The notes below the pieces were generated by a model, which saw only the letters and a program-made list of their open reading frames with translations, was not told the DNA's origin and made no database searches. Positions 58,865-64,000 of a stretch of DNA of 64,000 nt are shown here, piece by piece (within the stretch, counting starts at the first letter, position 1; the number at the start of each line of letters is the position of its first letter). Source of the DNA: a virus (lineage: Duplodnaviria > Caudoviricetes). The stretch covers positions 128,001 to 192,000 of the IMG/VR virus record IMGVR_UViG_3300044719_000253, one strand, 5' to 3'. The position numbers were made by a program, and so were the translations under genes.

Positions 58865-58911
58865 GGCATAGGCCCCCGCCCGCCCCTTTAGGGGACGGGT
58901 GGGGGTATGTC
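58865..58911. terminator. bidirectional hairpin (GGCATA/TATGTC family)
   Basis: GC-rich stem between convergent genes with the family flanks. Confidence 0.7.
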
Positions 58912-58926
58912 GTCACGGCGCGGGGT

Positions 58927-59328
58927 TTAGGCGCCTAACAGCTCAATCCGACCTTTGAGAATGACGGCGACGTCATTCTCGATTTCTTCCTGATTCCCGT
59001 ACAGCAGCCATGAGGGCATACTGTTCAGAATGTTGGCAACGATCGCTGCGATTCGATCCGTGGTAAACGTGCCTTGGGTCACATCTTCTTGACAGACCTC
59101 GTAGCTGGTCTTGCCATGCCAGATCACCTTGGACAAAATCGCCGGGACCGCGAGCGCTGATTCCCCCGATTCGGACAAGGCCAAGACGTGATTCAATCGC
59201 TTGAATGTTTCACGGTCATACGACGTTGCTCCCTTCAGCAGTGCCGCGAACGAAGCCAAAAACACTTGCCGCTTGGTTTTGGCTGGCAACTTTTCGTTCA
59301 AGACATTACTGATCAATCGCTTGAGCAT
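58927..59328 (-). CDS. conserved hypothetical protein
   Basis: 133 aa, SD AAGGAG. Confidence 0.7.
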   Translation of the reverse strand: MLKRLISNVLNEKLPAKTKRQVFLASFAALLKGATSYDRETFKRLNHVLALSESGESALAVPAILSKVIWHGKTSYEVCQEDVTQGTFTTDRIAAIVANILNSMPSWLLYGNQEEIENDVAVILKGRIELLGA

Positions 59329-59373
59329 GATAGACTCCTTGGGCCCAGCCCATGTTAAGTAATAGCTTGCTCC

Positions 59374-60891
59374 TTATGATTGAGGATTAAGCAAGCGCAG
59401 GTTGCTGTACGTGCCCGCCCAGATACCCACTGCGTCCTTCACTTTGATGATAGTCGCAAATCGGAAAGCGTGCGGCTCTTCCGACCAGGTAACGAGACGA
59501 ACTTCCGGTTCCAAGTCTTCGAGCCGACGCAGACCATTGCGGTCCAGTAAATCCAATCCGAGCAACAGATTGATTTCTGCGGTTTCAGTAACCCGACCCG
59601 GACGACGGAATTGCACTTCCGCAGTCATCCGATCGGTGCCCACCACGAATTCTGGACGCAGACGCGTGACTCGTTTCTCGTCGCCCTTTTTATTGGTTTC
59701 GACAAGTGACTCATAAATTAGCGAGGTGATATCAGTGGTGACCATTTCAGTGTTGCCCGCCAAATAATCATCCAGAATTTCCTTCAACTGCGCCAACTCA
59801 TTTTCACAACGCGCAATCAAGAGCGGCGGGTTGTGTTCCCGGGTTACATGCTCTTTTTTGTCCCGCACCACAGCGTCCAAATACGACTTGGCATCCGGTG
59901 GATTGTTCAGCACATGGTCGCCGTATTGCAACAGATACGCATGCACCTCGGCCTTGTAGATATAGTCGACCCGAGCGATCATCACGGTGTCAGCACCATC
60001 CGCCACCTTGCAGCTATGTTGCCGCACCGTCTCCAGCGCCATTTCGGGTTTTTCCAGTCGTACATATGCGTACGCACCATTGGCCATACGCTTACCGGCC
60101 AAGTCATCGTCTTTGTCGTGTTCACCCAGACAGTATTCGCCCGGCAGATTCGATTCCGGCAGGGTGTTGTAATACATGCGACGGTGACTGATGAACGGGT
60201 GACGGTTGGCATCGTACTTCCAGTAGCCATCCGGTTTACTCAGAGTGACCCGAGTTTCCATCTGACCGTTGGTGGCGTAACGCATCCCCACGAATGCCAT
60301 GCCGTCGGCCAACTCATTGCCAAACGTGCCCGGATCACCTTCCACCCCGTGGCCTTTGACCCAGTTCACTCCGATATCGACACCACGCTCTTGCAGTTCC
60401 CGATACAAACGCTGGGCTTCTCGCCACAGTTCCGGGTTCATGGGTTCTTTACCGCTGGACAGCCGCCAGTTGTTTTTCTCCCAAGTAAACACTGCCACGA
60501 TGCCATGCACGACGTACTGGCTGTCCGACCAGATCCGCAGTTTCTTGACGTCTTGTTCCAACGCCAATTTAAACATTTCAATCAGACCCGTCAGTTCTGC
60601 TTGGTTGTTGGAAGATCCATACGGCAGCGCACCGAATGCATCGATATACAACAACGGGGTCACCAGGGGCAGGTTGGGCATCGTCGCCTTTTCAGTCTTG
60701 GTGAGGTAATCGTTCTCAGTCAGGACGTAATCCGGATTGCCGGTACCTTTGGTGGGTTCGGTTGCTTCGTAGATGTAGCCGTGGGCGCCCCAGCCCGCGT
60801 ACACTTTATTCGGCCGCGCGGATCCATCCGCGTGTACCATCATGCCCTTCATGCCAGGCACTTTTTCTTCTGCGTCTTTTTTCTTGGCCAT
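59374..60891 (-). CDS. ribonuclease HI with C-terminal extension (phiKZ gp155-like)
   Basis: HADGSARPN, SNNQAELTG, IWSDSQYV, WVKGH and GNELAD RNase H motifs. Confidence 0.9.
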   Translation of the reverse strand: MAKKKDAEEKVPGMKGMMVHADGSARPNKVYAGWGAHGYIYEATEPTKGTGNPDYVLTENDYLTKTEKATMPNLPLVTPLLYIDAFGALPYGSSNNQAELTGLIEMFKLALEQDVKKLRIWSDSQYVVHGIVAVFTWEKNNWRLSSGKEPMNPELWREAQRLYRELQERGVDIGVNWVKGHGVEGDPGTFGNELADGMAFVGMRYATNGQMETRVTLSKPDGYWKYDANRHPFISHRRMYYNTLPESNLPGEYCLGEHDKDDDLAGKRMANGAYAYVRLEKPEMALETVRQHSCKVADGADTVMIARVDYIYKAEVHAYLLQYGDHVLNNPPDAKSYLDAVVRDKKEHVTREHNPPLLIARCENELAQLKEILDDYLAGNTEMVTTDITSLIYESLVETNKKGDEKRVTRLRPEFVVGTDRMTAEVQFRRPGRVTETAEINLLLGLDLLDRNGLRRLEDLEPEVRLVTWSEEPHAFRFATIIKVKDAVGIWAGTYSNLRLLNPQS

Positions 60892-60978
60892 GCCTCGTAT
60901 CCGTTATCTAAAAATGTCAAGCCATCACTGGTCTAAAGGATGAGGCGACGGGATAAAAAACCGATTGGTTAAGGTCTT

Positions 60979-61401
60979 TTAGTATTTACTCACGACTTCG
61001 CAGTGGTTGGCAAAGTAGGTTCTGGCCTCACGCGCCAACCGTTTACGTTCGCTGATGTACGCCCGTAGCTCATCGATATGTTTGCGCTCAATCCGCTCGA
61101 TTGCATACACGTCCCCATTGGCAGCCGCCAGCGCTTTGCTGGGAAGTTCCGGTGGGTTCCCGGGCGTGGGATAGGGCGAGATGGTGCACGGGGTGGATTT
61201 GGTCTCGACGGTGATCTGTTGTGGGGGTGCGCTGATGCTGGCCAGCTCTTCTTCCTCCGTGGCCGGTGTGACGTGTGGATCACGGATGGTTTCAGTGCGT
61301 CCAAGGGGGAATGAATATGTGTTGAAGCTATTGTTAAAGCTTCCGCAGCCGCCTAACACCAAGATGAATACGGAGGCGACCATTTTAGTCGATCGTTGCA
61401 T
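60979..61401 (-). CDS. lipoprotein, candidate o-spanin
   Basis: Signal peptide with lipobox LGGC (Cys19), Gly at +2, Pro-rich PYPTPGNPPELP. Confidence 0.6.
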   Translation of the reverse strand: MQRSTKMVASVFILVLGGCGSFNNSFNTYSFPLGRTETIRDPHVTPATEEEELASISAPPQQITVETKSTPCTISPYPTPGNPPELPSKALAAANGDVYAIERIERKHIDELRAYISERKRLAREARTYFANHCEVVSKY

Positions 61402-61422
61402 GTTGGAATCCCTAATGGCAAA

Positions 61423-61854
61423 TTAATGTTCTGTTGCTTCGCGTTGACGAATCCTCTCAAAGTCAGACCGGACTTCTTCCGCCAGATTGGTATCAGCTTT
61501 GGAGGTCGAGTGCGCTTTGTTTTCTCGTTTCACTTCCGTCACCACTTCGGTGCTGTTTACGATAGGATGGCGCGACGACCCTTCCGGTAAGGCCTTGTTT
61601 TTCTCGACCACCGCCATCTTCTGTTTCAATTCTTCATTGGCGCGGGACAGTTCCAAATAGTGATACGCCAAGGTACCGGCTTTGGTCATCAATAACACAT
61701 TAAAGATCACCGATATCACCACCACTAAGGTCAAGATCGTCTTGCCACGATTTTCTCGAAAGGCTTGGCGCCAAGTCTTCTTACCGAGTATCATTTCTCG
61801 TAAGAAAGGTACCAAGTAAGGAATGAGTTTGAATATAAGGGCGAAAAAAGACAT
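61423..61854 (-). CDS. single-TM coiled-coil protein, candidate i-spanin
   Basis: TM TILTLVVVISVIFNVLLM followed by coiled coil LSRANEELKQKMA; directly upstream of the lipoprotein gene. Confidence 0.55.
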   Translation of the reverse strand: MSFFALIFKLIPYLVPFLREMILGKKTWRQAFRENRGKTILTLVVVISVIFNVLLMTKAGTLAYHYLELSRANEELKQKMAVVEKNKALPEGSSRHPIVNSTEVVTEVKRENKAHSTSKADTNLAEEVRSDFERIRQREATEH

Positions 61855-61946
61855 CCTGCATTCCTTTAAGTTATTTTATAGATCTCGGGCCAGTATCCGG
61901 CCTTTTATACCTTCACCCCACGCCACCCCTACGGCAGGAGAATTCG

Positions 61947-63239
61947 ATGTACGTACAGAAGAGTTTCATGACAAATAACACCTTCGCCAATAACACGCCT
62001 GGTGTGGTGGCGAAGCTGGGGGAACTGTCGGACAACGCCCGCACGTTTGCACGTGAGAAAGGCATTTACAGCGACGCCTCCAAGGCACCGAATCTGGTGC
62101 TCACCAGTTTCATTTCCAAACTCGACGGCACAGCGATCGTGATGCCAACCGTCCTTGTCCAACAAACCCTGGACATTGGCAACTTCGTCTACACCCATGG
62201 CAACACCACGGCGACAGTGTTGCTGGAAAACCTCTTGACCACCTATGCGGGGACGGCCAGTAACTTCGCTTGCGGGAATATGATCACAGACGGCGGGGTC
62301 ACCTTGCCGGAATGGGTCTCGTGGAAGAGCTTGAGCGATACCGCGCATCCGGATAACTTCAACAAGGTCTGGTTTGTGGACAGCAGCTTTCAGCTGCAGT
62401 ATGATGAGACGGAAATCTACGTCGTTCCGCCATTTGACACGCTGGATAACTTCTTTCAAGCCGGCGATCAAGTCCAGGGCTACGTCAGTGCCTTGACCAG
62501 TTCGGATGCCATGAACCGCATCATGGTTGCCAAACAAGGATATTCGGAAACCTACATCCGCACCAACACCTTTAACTGGATCGATCCACTGAACGTCAAC
62601 CACAAGATCGCCACGGATTGGAGTGTGTTGATTTACGGTCCGGCCGGTGACAATCCCGACTCAATCAAAGATGCGTTGATGGCCTACATCTTGGCCAACT
62701 CGACCCATAGTCGGGATGAGTGGGTGACGCGATTTCCCGATATTTTCAAGCGGACTGAATTCATCATTCTGCCGCTCTGGGATCAATTCGCCATTCCGAA
62801 TAAAGAACTGACCACCGGAATTTATTCGCCGCAGATCGCTTACGCGAGCATCAGCGCCAAAATGGCCCAGTTCGCAGTCCAGTACCCACCGACTCATATT
62901 GATGCGAATCTGACGATGTATAGCCATCCCTATCGGTCGCTGGCATTGTGCTCGGTCGGCTCGCCCGATAACCGCAACGCGGTGTACCAGCTGCCCGGGA
63001 TGTTCCCCGACCTGATCGCAGTCAGCTCCACCTCGCTCGACTTCAACCGCATGAAGCAAGCGACGCAAGACTGGGCGGCGATGCTGGAGCGTATGTTGGT
63101 GGCAGCAGAAACGGTGACGCAGTACACCAGCGTGCCGGTGGAGATGCACAAGGTCACCCGAGACGGGGTGTTGTACGTGACCCAAAGCTACCAGAACGTG
63201 AACTATCTGGTGGTGGCTAAATCGAGTGTGGATGCATAA
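61947..63239 (+). CDS. virion structural protein (phiKZ gp157-like)
   Basis: 430 aa, SD AGGAG, position next to RNase H as recalled for phiKZ. Confidence 0.6.
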   Translation: MYVQKSFMTNNTFANNTPGVVAKLGELSDNARTFAREKGIYSDASKAPNLVLTSFISKLDGTAIVMPTVLVQQTLDIGNFVYTHGNTTATVLLENLLTTYAGTASNFACGNMITDGGVTLPEWVSWKSLSDTAHPDNFNKVWFVDSSFQLQYDETEIYVVPPFDTLDNFFQAGDQVQGYVSALTSSDAMNRIMVAKQGYSETYIRTNTFNWIDPLNVNHKIATDWSVLIYGPAGDNPDSIKDALMAYILANSTHSRDEWVTRFPDIFKRTEFIILPLWDQFAIPNKELTTGIYSPQIAYASISAKMAQFAVQYPPTHIDANLTMYSHPYRSLALCSVGSPDNRNAVYQLPGMFPDLIAVSSTSLDFNRMKQATQDWAAMLERMLVAAETVTQYTSVPVEMHKVTRDGVLYVTQSYQNVNYLVVAKSSVDA

Positions 63240-63862
63240 TGACTCAGTACATCGTTCCCAATCTGGGAGCCAGCGGGGTCATTAAACTCAAAGACCCGTT
63301 CGCGGGTCTGTGTGCGGCGAATACCCCGTACACGGTCACCAGTATTCAGACGCTGCAAGATATCGTCGCTGATGGCCAAGACCCGTTCGCGCTCTATTAT
63401 AGCCCGTTTGGCTTGGATCAAACGGTGTATGCCCAAGACATCAATGACCGAGTGTGTATCGTGTCCCTCACCCCCTCGGATGGGGATGTGGTCAGGGTAC
63501 CCAACAGTTATTTGATTTCGTTACCGATCGCCATGGGGATTCCGTACGCCACCATGATGGTCGGGATCAATCTCGGGGCATTACCGCAAGATTTGAGCCT
63601 GGCGTATTTCATGACTCAAGTGGCTGAACTCGCCCATGATCTACTCGGGGTGGACAACGCGGCGGTGCGCGCCATGCGCGCTTCATCCCTGACGTATTTG
63701 TCAGTGGACGATGCTGCCACGATTGAAGCGGCGCGCCAGACGGTGATGCAAGCCGTTACCACCGAAACTGCCCGGCGCTTGGCTGCAGAAACTGCGCTCA
63801 ATGCGTTGCAACAGAAGTACAACGATCTGGAAGCGTACGCGCTGGCCCACACCACGCCGTAA
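63239..63862 (+). CDS. putative virion structural protein
   Basis: 207 aa, TAATG overlap with the upstream gene, C-terminal coiled coil. Confidence 0.6.
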   Translation: MTQYIVPNLGASGVIKLKDPFAGLCAANTPYTVTSIQTLQDIVADGQDPFALYYSPFGLDQTVYAQDINDRVCIVSLTPSDGDVVRVPNSYLISLPIAMGIPYATMMVGINLGALPQDLSLAYFMTQVAELAHDLLGVDNAAVRAMRASSLTYLSVDDAATIEAARQTVMQAVTTETARRLAAETALNALQQKYNDLEAYALAHTTP

Positions 63863-63863
63863 C

Positions 63864-63906
63864 GGCATACTCCCGCTACCCCACGAGGGGTAGCGGGAGC
63901 TATGTC
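63864..63906. terminator. bidirectional hairpin (GGCATA/TATGTC family)
   Basis: 13-bp stem CTCCCGCTACCCC/GGGGTAGCGGGAG. Confidence 0.75.
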
Positions 63907-63922
63907 GACCTACTGATTTTCT

Positions 63923-64000
63923 TTAATTGACAATCTTCACGTGTTCGTTATACACACGCCCCGATGACAACACCACGTTACGGTCGTCCAACACACACAT
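63923..64000 (-). CDS. 3' end of a gene entering from outside the window
   Basis: Open frame ...DRNVVLSSGRVYNEHVKIVN-stop, converging on the hairpin. Confidence 0.45.
   Translation of the reverse strand: MCVLDDRNVVLSSGRVYNEHVKIVN

Noticed and set aside
1-64000. CRISPR array, tRNA, rRNA or tmRNA genes
   Set aside because: No regularly spaced direct repeats, and no T-arm/CCA cloverleaf or rRNA signatures, were found by eye. tRNAscan-SE, ARAGORN and a CRISPR finder should confirm this.
1-64000. Stop-codon reassignment (alternative genetic code)
   Set aside because: Core genes translate to expected full lengths under the standard bacterial code, and TAA, TAG and TGA all occur as terminal stops.
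1-64000. Chimallin (ChmA), major capsid, portal or non-virion RNAP genes
   Set aside because: No ORF in the window could be recognised as these. The nucleus-forming lifestyle is inferred only from PhuZ and the phiKZ-like core genes.

Overview
A 64-kb segment of a phiKZ-like (Chimalliviridae-type, nucleus-forming) jumbo phage genome, probably infecting a Gram-negative host (candidate spanin pair). Core genes: PhuZ tubulin, large terminase, tail sheath and tube, prohead protease, four pieces of the split virion RNA polymerase, a 2393-aa tape-measure/lytic transglycosylase, a UvsX/RecA-like recombinase and RNase H. The beta-N RNAP gene is interrupted by a 366-nt ORF-less group I intron. An accessory, minus-strand, probably early block (about 2.2-14 kb) holds an eight-gene operon of small membrane or amphipathic proteins, three tandem paralogous small domains, a SLOG protein and a sigma70-region-4-like HTH protein. 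The main unexplained signals are two long, densely base-paired RNA trailers: about 600 nt downstream of phuZ, and about 400 nt with two pseudoknots downstream of a strongly codon-biased 166-aa gene. Also seen: a GGCATA-hairpin-TATGYC palindrome family at convergent gene junctions and a bipartite YTAR-N13-YATATHAY promoter. No tRNA, rRNA or CRISPR array was seen. phiKZ/SPN3US gene numbers are recalled from synteny and motifs, not from a search. Several start codons were shifted from the ORF track using Shine-Dalgarno (SD) position. All RNA structures were paired by eye.
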